Of a stretch of DNA of 64,000 nucleotides, positions 50,148 through 59,208 are shown piece after piece. The notes beneath the pieces are model-generated. The model ran no database searches, was not told the DNA's origin, and saw only the letters and a list, made by a program, of their open reading frames with translations. The stretch spans positions 1,828 through 65,827 of the forward strand of contig JANPLC010000241.1 in assembly GCA_031426335.1 (NCBI GenBank), read 5' to 3'. This stretch comes from Planctomycetota bacterium. GTDB taxonomy: Bacteria; Planctomycetota; UBA11346. How positions within the stretch are numbered: position 1 is the stretch's first letter; the number at the start of each line of letters is the position of its first letter. The translations under genes were made by a program, and so were the position numbers.

Positions 50148-50641
50148 GCGGCCATCCGGTGGTGGTGATCAATGGCAAGGATGAGGGCGAGGACTTCGGC
50201 CTCGTCGTTTCGGATGACGCCAGGGAGTGCGCGGCCACGGCTCGCAGCGCGGCCGGCGAGGCGGAGCGCGGTGCGAACACGCGGCGATGCGTTGGCGCTT
50301 GATCCGCTGTGGCCGGTGGCGTGGGCTGGCACGCGACGCGGCTGCACGACTGCTGCGGCCACGGCGGTTGCCGGCGCGGCCGGAACGCTGACCGATGCGA
50401 GCACGGCGCCGACTGCGCCGCACTGGCCATCAGCCATCACGGCGGGCATGCGCCGGTGCTTGATCGGACGAACGTAGTAGGTGCCGCCGCCGGCCACCTC
50501 GACGACAGCGCCGTGGAGCACTGAGGCGGACGCGTCGCCCACGGCTCCGCAGAATCCTTCCGCGACCATCTCGCCCGCTGGAGCTGAGGCGCCGCCCCAG
50601 CCGCCAAACCAACTCGACATGAAATCGCCAAACCAACTCAT
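50144..50641 (-). CDS. Hypothetical phage protein
   Basis: Internal ATG at 50641 ('MSWFGDFMSSWFGGWGG...') with ATGA coupling on both sides. Confidence 0.4.
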   Translation of the reverse strand: MSWFGDFMSSWFGGWGGASAPAGEMVAEGFCGAVGDASASVLHGAVVEVAGGGTYYVRPIKHRRMPAVMADGQCGAVGAVLASVSVPAAPATAVAAAVVQPRRVPAHATGHSGSSANASPRVRTALRLAGRAASRGRALPGVIRNDEAEVLALILAIDHHHRMAA

Positions 50642-51258
50642 GCGCCCACCGTCACTGCGGTGCGGTCGCCGCTCGGGGTGGTGGTGCCGGTGACTTGGTC
50701 GGCGGTGTCGTTCACGTCGCGGAAGGTGTCGCCGGCCTTCTTGCCCAGGTTGACCGCAGCAACGCCGCGCATGATGCGGCCTGCGGAGAATCCGGCGGCA
50801 ATGGCGTTGGGGGCGCCCCACACCGCATAGGCGATGTCTTGCGCGGATGGGCGTGCGCCAATCTCGCCGGTGCAGGTCATGCGGGAAAGGCACTTGGTCG
50901 AGTTGACGCCGGCCGCAACGGCGCTGCCGGTCGCGCGACGCCAGCGCAAGCGCAGCGTGTGAATGGTGAAGGCCATGGAGCACAGGCCGACAACGGCGAT
51001 GCGGGAAAAGCACTTGGCTGCACACGCGCCGACGCTTGCTGCGAGACGGTCAGCGGTGACCGCCATTGCGCCCGGCGACATCGGCAGAGACCAGCCGCGC
51101 ACGAGGTAGCCCACCGGAATTGCAGAGCCGTTCCAGTTGACCATGTGCGCCGCAGGGTTGGCGCCGCCGCTGCGATTGGGCAAACCGCTGGACGCACCCA
51201 CGCCGCCCGGAGAGGCGAAGCGAAGCGACAGCGGCGAACCCATGGGGCGCAGCGGCAT
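50638..51258 (-). CDS. Hypothetical phage protein
   Basis: 206-aa ORF in the coupled minus-strand chain. No motifs recognised. Confidence 0.4.
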   Translation of the reverse strand: MPLRPMGSPLSLRFASPGGVGASSGLPNRSGGANPAAHMVNWNGSAIPVGYLVRGWSLPMSPGAMAVTADRLAASVGACAAKCFSRIAVVGLCSMAFTIHTLRLRWRRATGSAVAAGVNSTKCLSRMTCTGEIGARPSAQDIAYAVWGAPNAIAAGFSAGRIMRGVAAVNLGKKAGDTFRDVNDTADQVTGTTTPSGDRTAVTVGA

Positions 51259-51261
51259 ATT

Positions 51262-52137
51262 TCAGCCCCACCCAAAAAAGATGCCGTAGTTGAGCGCCTG
51301 GCTTGTGGTCAGCGCGCCGCCGACGTTTGCCACCAATCCGAGGCACGCGGCGTCCTCGATCTGCGGCCAGCCCGGCGTGTTGAAGGCAAAGTCCATGATG
51401 GCCGGCACGTTGGCGGCGATGAGCGGCGCCTCCGCGATCTCGCGCGCCAGCACAAAGGCCACGGTGCCCGTGGTGCCGCTGGCGACGGTGTAGGATTCAA
51501 TTGAGCGCACGCCGGTATCACCAGCTTGCAGGCTCGCGTACGGTCCGCCGAGCTGGCCAGCAACGCCAGCCGTCAGCAGCGCGCCCGCGGGCAGCGAGTT
51601 GGCGGAGGCCATGATGGTGCCAGTGCGGCCAGCGGTGCCCGCCTGGTTGGTGTATGAAAACGTGACGGTGGTATTGGCTGCGCCGAGCGCGCCGGTGATG
51701 ATTGCCAGAATCTTGACGCCGTCGCCGTTGCCCATGCGCGTGGGCTTGCCCGCGGCGTTGGACAACACGGTGGGCGTGTTGATGGCGCAGCTCGGGTAAA
51801 TATAGAGGAGGTCCAGGAGGCGGACCTCACCCGGACAGGCGAGTGATTGCGGCGTTGACACTTTGAGCGTGACCAATTTCCGTTCATCGCCCACGACTCC
51901 GGGCGCGTTCATCGCCGCCGGCAGCGCGCCAACCGTGGCATTGGACAGAGCTGCGCCCAGGCCTGCCGTTCCAGTCAGTACCATGGTGCCGCCCATGCCG
52001 CCGCCGCTCAGGCATTCGTGCCACCGGCCCGCCACGCTGGTGGCGCCGGTCACCATCACGCGGCTACCTGACATGCGCTCGGATTTTCCGAGGGCGCGCA
52101 TTTTATAAGCCGCATCGTCATGGGATGACCAAGGCAT
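51262..52137 (-). CDS. Hypothetical phage structural protein
   Basis: 291-aa ORF starting 3 nt after the upstream stop. No motifs recognised. Confidence 0.45.
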   Translation of the reverse strand: MPWSSHDDAAYKMRALGKSERMSGSRVMVTGATSVAGRWHECLSGGGMGGTMVLTGTAGLGAALSNATVGALPAAMNAPGVVGDERKLVTLKVSTPQSLACPGEVRLLDLLYIYPSCAINTPTVLSNAAGKPTRMGNGDGVKILAIITGALGAANTTVTFSYTNQAGTAGRTGTIMASANSLPAGALLTAGVAGQLGGPYASLQAGDTGVRSIESYTVASGTTGTVAFVLAREIAEAPLIAANVPAIMDFAFNTPGWPQIEDAACLGLVANVGGALTTSQALNYGIFFGWG

Positions 52138-52140
52138 TGC

Positions 52141-52554
52141 TCAGTCCTCCGTGATCGTGAAGCCGGCGGCGGGGATGTACGGACTATCGTTTTGGTCGAC
52201 CTCGATTGCGCTGTTGAGCGCGTAGCTGTGTAGCAGCTTGGTGGCGCCGCTTCCCGCAACGCCGATGCCGACATAGACGATGGTTTCCGTCGCGCCTGCG
52301 TCGGTGCGTTCACCGAACACGAGTTGCGCCGCAAGGCTGGCGACAGCGCCGGCAATGGTGAAACCGCCTGGGCGACTCACTGCCATGCGCGCATATCCGG
52401 TATACGTCGCTTCGTTGGTGGCCTGCGTGCCGCCTTCGCCGGGGTCCGCGGTGTGCAGACTGATGAACAGTTGCGAGGCGCCGTCCCACGTCGGGCGAGT
52501 GCCGCCAAACAGGTATTCCTGGAAATCATTTTCACAGGCGTTGCTTTTACTCAT
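52141..52554 (-). CDS. Hypothetical phage protein of the widespread 'LFGG...LHTADPGE' family
   Basis: 'NDFQEYLFGGTRPTW...LFISLHTADPGEGGTQATNEATYTGYAR' matches a recurrent phage protein family of unknown role. The start overlaps the portal stop. Confidence 0.5.
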   Translation of the reverse strand: MSKSNACENDFQEYLFGGTRPTWDGASQLFISLHTADPGEGGTQATNEATYTGYARMAVSRPGGFTIAGAVASLAAQLVFGERTDAGATETIVYVGIGVAGSGATKLLHSYALNSAIEVDQNDSPYIPAAGFTITED

Positions 52555-54161
52555 GCGGCAACCTTTTCGACCGACACGCCAACGGCGCGGCCGTTCGCGT
52601 CGCGGTCGATGCGGTAACGGGTTGGCGTTGGATTCGCCGCGCCCAGGTGAATGGCGATGGCGTCAGAGCCGGCCTTGGCAGGAGGCGGCACGGCCGGCTC
52701 CTCTTGGTCCTCGGACGTGGGCGTGTCGCCGCTGTCGTCGATGTGTTTTGTAGGCGCTTGGCCCGAGTCCGAGGTTTGTGCGGCGGGGCCGATGCCCTGC
52801 GCCTTGAGGAAGGTAGCGCACGCGGCGCGTAGCTCTTGCTCGTCTTCCCAATTGAGGCCGAACATTTCAAACGCGGTGGGGCCGGAGACGCCGGCCGCCA
52901 TCAGCTCTTGGATGGTCTTTGCGTCCTTGAGACGGTCGGTGCTGTACTTCGGCGGGCGCGTGCGCTTGCCGGCCATGATCTGCGTCCACGAGTCGGCGGG
53001 CAGCTTGAGGCCGTCGTACACCACGGCGTCACGGACGGCCACTTCGTCGATGACGGACGACACGGTGGAGACGTGGCCTTCCTGTTCCGTCTGGTGCGTG
53101 CGGTCGCATTGGTCGAGACCGGCGCGGGCGCTTGCCAGATTGCTGTTGCCGAGTTGGCAGAGCACCACGTCCACCGGGAGCTGGAGGACGGCGCACAGCA
53201 CTTTATAGCACAGCATCAAGTAGGCGGTGAGGTCCTCGCCGCGGAACTCGATGTCGGTAAATTGAACGGTCGAGCCGGGCGGCTTGACCCACACATTGAG
53301 CGAGCCGGACACCCGCATGGCGGTGGGGTCCAGCGCGGTGCCGTCTGCCTGGGCGGCCTTCCATGCTTCGGGGTCTTCCGCCTCGATGATCATGCCATAG
53401 ATCGCTTGCAGGCGCTTGGCGGCTACGTGGCTTTCCAGCACGCCGTGGAGCTGGCGCATCATCACCACCATGGGCGCGACGCGGGAGACGCCGCGCATCA
53501 TGCCTGGGAGGCGGAGTCCGGGCTTGTGGATGACGTTGGGCGTGCCATCCGGTGCGCGCCAGGGAATGAAGGTCGCTTCACGCTGCGCGGTCGAGAGCGT
53601 GCCGCCGCCGAACACGGTGGGCGGACGCACCCAAATGCCGACCACGCGGCCGTCCTTGAGCTTGAAGCCGTCGCGCAATTCTTCCGTATTGGCCGTGAAG
53701 TTGGGATTGCCGACGCGGTCGGGATGGATGAGGCGCCAGCGTGAGCGGCCGTCCATCGTCACGCGGACCAGGAAGCCGTCGCCGTGGAAGAACGCGAACC
53801 AGTCCACCGCCTCCTCCAGCTCGCGGCGCGTGCGGACGCCTTCCGCGTCCAGCTCCGTGCCGTTCCAGGTGGCGGTGCAGATGGCGGTGATGCGACGGCG
53901 CAAGGCGCGCGTCTGCTTGTCGGTGTCGTTTGCTTCCGGGTGCGGATCGTAAAGCGATGTCAGGCGCAGGCCGAGCGGTCCAAGGGTGCCCTGGTTGTGC
54001 GCGGCGTAGAGCGAGGCAACGAACGGATCGTTGATGCCGAGCCATTGACCGCGCGCCGCCAGTGTTGACGCCTCGGACGGCCATATCCACGTGTGGTCTT
54101 CAATCCATGTCAGCCATTCGGCTAGGAGCGGATGCGCGCTGGAGCCTTCAAAGGCGGTCAT
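52551..54161 (-). CDS. Portal protein (lambda family)
   Basis: ~536 aa. Preferred start is ATG 54161, coupled (ATGA) to the gpW-like stop; the ORF track's GTG is at 54179. Position terminase-W-portal as in lambda. Confidence 0.8.
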   Translation of the reverse strand: MTAFEGSSAHPLLAEWLTWIEDHTWIWPSEASTLAARGQWLGINDPFVASLYAAHNQGTLGPLGLRLTSLYDPHPEANDTDKQTRALRRRITAICTATWNGTELDAEGVRTRRELEEAVDWFAFFHGDGFLVRVTMDGRSRWRLIHPDRVGNPNFTANTEELRDGFKLKDGRVVGIWVRPPTVFGGGTLSTAQREATFIPWRAPDGTPNVIHKPGLRLPGMMRGVSRVAPMVVMMRQLHGVLESHVAAKRLQAIYGMIIEAEDPEAWKAAQADGTALDPTAMRVSGSLNVWVKPPGSTVQFTDIEFRGEDLTAYLMLCYKVLCAVLQLPVDVVLCQLGNSNLASARAGLDQCDRTHQTEQEGHVSTVSSVIDEVAVRDAVVYDGLKLPADSWTQIMAGKRTRPPKYSTDRLKDAKTIQELMAAGVSGPTAFEMFGLNWEDEQELRAACATFLKAQGIGPAAQTSDSGQAPTKHIDDSGDTPTSEDQEEPAVPPPAKAGSDAIAIHLGAANPTPTRYRIDRDANGRAVGVSVEKVAA

Positions 54162-54457
54162 GGCAGCGTCACCCTGCACGGTATCGGCCCGCCGCCTGCG
54201 CTCGATTTCAGCTTATCAAGGAACTCCCACGCTTTTCTCAGTGATTCAATGTCGAAATCTGCTGATTGTCCCGATAGCGCATAGCGGACCACCCCCTTGC
54301 GCGTGATGGCGGCGGCGCCTCCGGCCAACCCAATGATTTCTTGCAGCAGGTTGGCCGCGTTCCCCACGGTCATGCCGGTCAACGCCGCAACCAACGCGGC
54401 GTCAGTGATGCCGGCGAATGCGAGGTGTAGCGCGGTAATGACCGTGGAGGCGGCCAC
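54158..54457 (-). CDS. gpW-like head-tail joining protein
   Basis: 99 aa with GTG start, immediately upstream of the portal as lambda W. 'ITRKGVVRYALSGQSADFDIESLRKAWEFLDKL'. Confidence 0.5.
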   Translation of the reverse strand: MAASTVITALHLAFAGITDAALVAALTGMTVGNAANLLQEIIGLAGGAAAITRKGVVRYALSGQSADFDIESLRKAWEFLDKLKSSAGGGPIPCRVTLP

Positions 54458-54463
54458 GGCGTT

Positions 54464-54823
54464 TTAGGCAGCGGCCTGGTTGACGCGGATGGCTTGCAGC
54501 ACAATCGCGGTGATCGCACTGAAAACGATATTCATCTCACCATTGGCATCGTTGTAGACGCCGGGCGAAAATGGCCCGATGAGATATTCTTTGTTGACCG
54601 CCAGAACGATGACCGGCGCGGTTGGGCTGAGGCCGGTCGGGCTTCCGTCCTGCACCTTGGACTGTGGCGTCAGGGTCAGGTTTGCGCCGGTGCCCACGGT
54701 CTTGATGCGCAGCAGGGTGCGGCCGTCGTTGACGAACGACATGTTCGCCAGTGCGGCGGTCGGCGGCGTGGTGATGTCCAGGCCGGCGGCGCTGGCATTG
54801 GTTGCGGCTGGGATGTTGGCCAT
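54464..54823 (-). CDS. Hypothetical phage protein
   Basis: 119-aa beta-rich ORF. No motifs. Confidence 0.45.
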   Translation of the reverse strand: MANIPAATNASAAGLDITTPPTAALANMSFVNDGRTLLRIKTVGTGANLTLTPQSKVQDGSPTGLSPTAPVIVLAVNKEYLIGPFSPGVYNDANGEMNIVFSAITAIVLQAIRVNQAAA

Positions 54824-54880
54824 GGCGGATTGCTCCAGGGTGCAGGCTTGGGTGGCCTGACCTGTAGCGATCCGCTGCCG

Positions 54881-55279
54881 CTAGTCGCTAGCTGGCATTG
54901 TCGTTAAACAATTTCTCGGCCGACCAACCGGGAATCCCGCAGCGCACCACGCGTCCAAGTCGGCAACTCTAATCGACCATCGGCTACCATCTCTGATAGC
55001 CGTCAGCGCTCCTGACGCGCATGCTCCCAGCACTACGGCCCGGCCCTTTTTCGCCATGGATGCCGCACGCCCCGCGCTGATCCGTTCCATGCTCTGCGCC
55101 GTCCTTCGGCTGGCGGAAACCAGGGCGCGCTCTACTTCTTCCGCGATCATCATTCTGAGCTGTCCAACAGTGAGCGCCCCCGCAGGTGCGGTGTCCGTTG
55201 GCATCATGGCCCAAACGCCAGCCCCAACGCCCGGACATGCGTCCTCCCGCGCCCGCTGCCTAACTGAAATTCTTTTCAT
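54881..55279 (-). CDS. HTH DNA-binding protein (excisionase-like C-terminus)
   Basis: Internal ATG at 55279. 'LTVGQLRMMIAEEVERAL' and 'ALTAIRDGSRWSIRVADLDAWCAAG'. Confidence 0.45.
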   Translation of the reverse strand: MKRISVRQRAREDACPGVGAGVWAMMPTDTAPAGALTVGQLRMMIAEEVERALVSASRRTAQSMERISAGRAASMAKKGRAVVLGACASGALTAIRDGSRWSIRVADLDAWCAAGFPVGRPRNCLTTMPASD

Positions 55280-55292
55280 GTTCGTCCCTTGG

Positions 55293-55610
55293 TTATGCGA
55301 TTCGGTCGCATCGCTCGTCCTTCCACCTGTGTTTGCAATCACGGCACTCCATAAGGACGGTGGTTTCCCCGGTTGGTGTGCGAATCTTTACGCGAAGGCT
55401 GCCGCACTTTGGGCAGCATGCCACCTGCGCAACGGCCCTCGCTTGCCCAGGCTTCCAGGTGGCGAGCGGGCCAGACTTACTGGCAGCGGCTTTCGGTGGC
55501 GGTGACGGCGGCTCACGTTCTGGCCGCGGCGTTCCCGCGGTCGGTTGGTGGCTGCCGCGAATCACCGGCCGGCGAGGTGTGCCGCCGAATCCTGTCAGCC
55601 AGTCACTCAA
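55293..55610 (-). CDS. Zinc-ribbon protein (Ogr/Delta-like architecture)
   Basis: 'CCPKCGSLRVKIRTPTGETTVLMECRDCKHRW' (CxxC-x19-CxxC). Confidence 0.45.
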   Translation of the reverse strand: MSDWLTGFGGTPRRPVIRGSHQPTAGTPRPEREPPSPPPKAAASKSGPLATWKPGQARAVAQVACCPKCGSLRVKIRTPTGETTVLMECRDCKHRWKDERCDRIA

Positions 55611-56170
55611 GCATCCTCCAGCGGCCTAGCCTGAAACGTCACGCCCTGCGGCTTGTCGAACTCCAGCCTTGCCGCCCCCACAATTATCAACTCCCGGTAG
55701 TTGTCCCCCTTGAATATATGGAAGGCGTAGCGGCCGTCCTTTTCCACGTTCACTGTTAAAACCTGCTCAACTGGTGACCGTATAAAAATTGAAATAATTT
55801 CCCCGCTGTATTGAACCCCACATTCCGTCTCCGCATTCCTCCATCCTGTGCTTCCGGCGAGGAAGACCGCCGCCCGCCTGTCTTTTTGGCCCTCGCTCCT
55901 TCGCTCCGCTTCCCGCTTCGACTCCCGCTCTTTGCGCTTACCATTTTTTTTATCTCTTATTTTTTTTGCTTTTCTTCTAAGAATTTTCATTGCCTCTTCG
56001 CCCATCTTGCCCATCACCTCCGCCGGCATCATCCCACATTTACGCGCAATGCTCCCTGGTGACTTTCTGCCGATATATAGCCGCAACATTTCCGCGGCTG
56101 TCATCTTGGCCTTTGTCGCCTGTCCTTTTGGTGTGCTCATTTTTGCGCTTCCTTTGTTTGGGTTTTTCAC
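55607..56170 (-). CDS. Hypothetical protein with a Lys/Arg/Glu-rich linker (low-GC patch)
   Basis: 187 aa. ATG overlaps the terminase stop (ATGA). 'KILRRKAKKIRDKKNGKRKERESKREAERRSEGQKDRR' is encoded by A8/T8 runs at ~55944-55968. Confidence 0.5.
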   Translation of the reverse strand: MKNPNKGSAKMSTPKGQATKAKMTAAEMLRLYIGRKSPGSIARKCGMMPAEVMGKMGEEAMKILRRKAKKIRDKKNGKRKERESKREAERRSEGQKDRRAAVFLAGSTGWRNAETECGVQYSGEIISIFIRSPVEQVLTVNVEKDGRYAFHIFKGDNYRELIIVGAARLEFDKPQGVTFQARPLEDA

Positions 56171-58311
56171 AGCTTGGACCCGTAGCCGGAGAGCCAGCCG
56201 CCGCCCGATGGGCGCGGACGACGCGGCGGCGGCACTGGCCGCGCTGACGGCGCCGCGGCGGTGGTGCGCTCCTGGGCCTTGCCGGCCGGCGTGCTGGTGG
56301 TCTTTTCTGCGTTCGCCTGCGCGCGTTTGACCACGGCCTTTTCATCGAGCTTGCATCCCATGATGGACGCGGCCACCGCCGAGAGCGTCAACGTATCGAG
56401 CCAGTGGTTTTCCTGGTTCGGTTTTTTCTTCCATTGCTCGGACACGCGACCATTCGCGGCCACTCGCGTGCGTAGCTCGCTGCTCAGATGATCCGCCAGC
56501 ATGCGGTGGTCCGATGCCTTGCCGTAGATTCCAAGCGACGTGTATTGCCCGGCGGGGTCCAGGATTCTGTCGGCAACAAATGATTTCCAGCGGTCGGCGT
56601 CAAACAGGCAATGCCGCGTCTGTCGCATGGTTGGCTTGGGGATGCGCCACGATGCACCGATGCGCTCGCCTGGTTTTTTCTTCCACTCGTCCATGGGCGT
56701 GGCGCCGGCTGCGACCGCACGGCCGAACGACGGCAAGAGGATGGCGCTGTGATCGGACTGGCGGCAGAACTTGTAAACCGTGTCCGTTGATTCCCCATAG
56801 CCGGCGTCGATCAACACGCGCTCCACTCGCGCAACGGTGCCGTCGTCGCGCTTCCATTCCTGGCCGCACAGCGTGGCCACCAACGCCTCCAGGCTGGCGT
56901 ACAGCGCGGCCGGCCATGATGCGCCGTCGTGCGCTTTCGCCATGGTGCGCTCCACTTGCGGCAGCGTGAAGTATGGGCGGCCCTGTTCCGGGTAAGCGCC
57001 GTAGCTGATCACGTCGCCACCAAAGGCGGGATTCCAACCGGCCACCGTGTAGAGTAGTATTTTTTCCTGCACGTCGATGCCCACGGTTAGGACGGAATCC
57101 TCCACCGGCACAACGCCGCGCTCTGCGTTGGTGGTCTTCCGCAGCACGGCCGCGGCGGTGATCTGCACCACCTCGCCGGATGCGTACGGGTCTTGCGGTG
57201 AGTTTTGATACTCCGCGGCGAATGCGGCCTCCCCTCGCTTGATACGCAGGTTCATCGCGTGTTGAGTCGCGGAGATTTCCGCCGGCTCGTGCCGCTGTGG
57301 CCATGCCGGCATGGCGCCCGCGTCCATCTCCTCCCGGTGCTTCACATAGAACGCCGTCGACTGGTCGTGCGGTTTTTCGGTGCGCATCTCCTCGCGGAGC
57401 ATCTCGGCATATTCGTCCCACAGCTTTGTCGCCGTGGGCATCGCGTACATGAGCGAGCACTTGAGGCCCTGCCACTCGGGATGCAGCGCGCGGTCTAGGA
57501 GCTGGTCGGCAAGGTCGCCCTTTTCAATTATCGTGCAGGTGACGGCCGCGCTGATTTTCTGACCCGGACCCGCCAAGCCCAGGATGGTGCTGGCCAGCGT
57601 CTTCATGCGCGAGGCGACTTGCGCCGGGCTCTTGGCGCTCTTGTCGGTCTGCGGATCGTCGACCAGGACCAAGTCGGGCCGCACCTGGGAGCCGTCAGAC
57701 AACGGAGCCTTGGCGCCACGGATGCGGCCGGTGATGCCGGCGGTGCGGATGACGGAGCCGCCGCCTGGCGCGGTATTCGGTAGCCGTACCTCGTTCTTGG
57801 TCCAGATGAGGTGGGTGCGCTCGCCCTCGCTCGTCTGCCCTTCGGCACGGCGGGCGATTCCTTCAAGCGCACGGATGGCGTGGACCGCGTCGGGAAAGTC
57901 CTCGCCCAACAGGTCGTTGCCGTCCAGCTCGGCGCGCAGGTTTGAGCAAATGGATTCAGCGGCGGCGGCGTCGGAAGCGACAACGAATATAAACCGGCGG
58001 TGCCCGTTGAGGATCGCCCATAGGCACGCGACCTCGCACACCGTCGTCTTGCCCGAGCCGCGCGGCATCGCCACGGCGAACTGGCCGCCGTCGAGCACCG
58101 CGGATTGCAGGAGCTTGATCGCCCGCAAGTGATCGTTGGAAAACTCCAACACGAACCGCTGCGGAAAATACGTGCGCGAGAATGCGAGGAGGTCGCGGGC
58201 GCACTTCTTACGGCGCTTCGGATTCTTCGGCGGCGGAGGTGCGCCAACGTCACGGCCAGCGGCGCGACGCTCAGCGGTTTGGAGCACTCGATCGGCGGAG
58301 CTACTCGGCAT
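56167..58311 (-). CDS. Terminase large subunit (GpA family)
   Basis: 714 aa. Walker A 'AMPRGSGKTT'. 'LVLVDDPQT' Walker B-like. Size and position are typical of lambda GpA-type terminases. Confidence 0.85.
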   Translation of the reverse strand: MPSSSADRVLQTAERRAAGRDVGAPPPPKNPKRRKKCARDLLAFSRTYFPQRFVLEFSNDHLRAIKLLQSAVLDGGQFAVAMPRGSGKTTVCEVACLWAILNGHRRFIFVVASDAAAAESICSNLRAELDGNDLLGEDFPDAVHAIRALEGIARRAEGQTSEGERTHLIWTKNEVRLPNTAPGGGSVIRTAGITGRIRGAKAPLSDGSQVRPDLVLVDDPQTDKSAKSPAQVASRMKTLASTILGLAGPGQKISAAVTCTIIEKGDLADQLLDRALHPEWQGLKCSLMYAMPTATKLWDEYAEMLREEMRTEKPHDQSTAFYVKHREEMDAGAMPAWPQRHEPAEISATQHAMNLRIKRGEAAFAAEYQNSPQDPYASGEVVQITAAAVLRKTTNAERGVVPVEDSVLTVGIDVQEKILLYTVAGWNPAFGGDVISYGAYPEQGRPYFTLPQVERTMAKAHDGASWPAALYASLEALVATLCGQEWKRDDGTVARVERVLIDAGYGESTDTVYKFCRQSDHSAILLPSFGRAVAAGATPMDEWKKKPGERIGASWRIPKPTMRQTRHCLFDADRWKSFVADRILDPAGQYTSLGIYGKASDHRMLADHLSSELRTRVAANGRVSEQWKKKPNQENHWLDTLTLSAVAASIMGCKLDEKAVVKRAQANAEKTTSTPAGKAQERTTAAAPSARPVPPPRRPRPSGGGWLSGYGSKL

Positions 58312-58407
58312 CGGACACCGCCAGGGACATCAACACGCAGATTGTTGACCCCGCCATGTGCCAGCTATGGCGCCCCCAGCGGGGGAGGACCCGTTGCGCT
58401 AGGGCGT

Positions 58408-58644
58408 TCATGGCTCGCCCCTGTTCAACAGCGCAGCAGGGCCGTGCATCCAGAATGTCCACCATGCCAACGTTCCCTCGCCTGCTGTCCACGTGTCGGT
58501 TGTGATCGGCTCCATGCAGGCCTCGCGCATCACGTCGCACACCTCGTCCATCGTCGCGCCCTCTGGCGTGACCACAGCGGCGCGCACGTACTGGTGCAGC
58601 GCCATCGCCTCAATGAGGAGAGCCATGATGCGCCAGCGGTTCAC
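58408..58644 (-). CDS. Hypothetical protein (possible small terminase-region gene)
   Basis: 78-aa ORF coupled by ATGA to the upstream gene. No motifs. Confidence 0.4.
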   Translation of the reverse strand: MNRWRIMALLIEAMALHQYVRAAVVTPEGATMDEVCDVMREACMEPITTDTWTAGEGTLAWWTFWMHGPAALLNRGEP

Positions 58645-58838
58645 GACTCGTTCCCTCTGTCGATGCGGTCGCCGTCATCCTGTGCCACGTGCATGTCCTC
58701 CGGTTTGCCGTCAATCTCACCTGTGCGCTGCCACTCAGTCCCGCGCACCTCCGCCTTGGCCTTGGCCTCGTCCTCGGAGTCTGCATACACGATCGTCTTG
58801 ATGCTGACCCTCACCGTTGCTCGCACGCACCATCTCAT
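58641..58838 (-). CDS. Hypothetical small protein
   Basis: Internal ATG at 58838 coupled to the upstream stop. Acidic C-terminus. Confidence 0.35.
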   Translation of the reverse strand: MRWCVRATVRVSIKTIVYADSEDEAKAKAEVRGTEWQRTGEIDGKPEDMHVAQDDGDRIDRGNES

Positions 58839-59002
58839 TGGCACACCAACGACGCGCGATTGCACTGCTGCACCCGTTCGTTGTGGATCTGGCGCGCCTC
58901 GATCTGAACCAGCACGCGCCTCATACTTGGCGCCGTTCTTTTGATGTGGCGCATGACCAGACGCGCGGCCTGTTTCGATATTCTGCCGTAGACTATTCGC
59001 AT
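58835..59002 (-). CDS. Hypothetical small basic protein
   Basis: Internal ATG at 59002. 'RISKQAARLVMRHIKRTAPSMRRVL'. Confidence 0.3.
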   Translation of the reverse strand: MRIVYGRISKQAARLVMRHIKRTAPSMRRVLVQIEARQIHNERVQQCNRASLVCQ

Positions 59003-59208
59003 GGGCGCTCCGGATGCATGGCGTTGCCGAAAATCAGATGATCCGGACCGGGCGGCGTGCGGGCCATTTCGTTCCAATCGCAGTCCAAACACCTATGCAT
59101 TTTCACGCGCGCTGGCGGGTTGCTGCATCTGGTTGCCCAGCGAGCAATCACGCGCACCGATCGACAGCGAGCGCACATGATGACCACCGGCAGCGAGGGC
59201 GCATTCAT
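58993..59208 (-). CDS. Zinc-ribbon protein
   Basis: 'CARCRSVRVIARW...HRCLDCDW' (CxxC...CxxC). The start is coupled (ATGA) to the HNH gene stop. Confidence 0.45.
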   Translation of the reverse strand: MNAPSLPVVIMCARCRSVRVIARWATRCSNPPARVKMHRCLDCDWNEMARTPPGPDHLIFGNAMHPERPCE

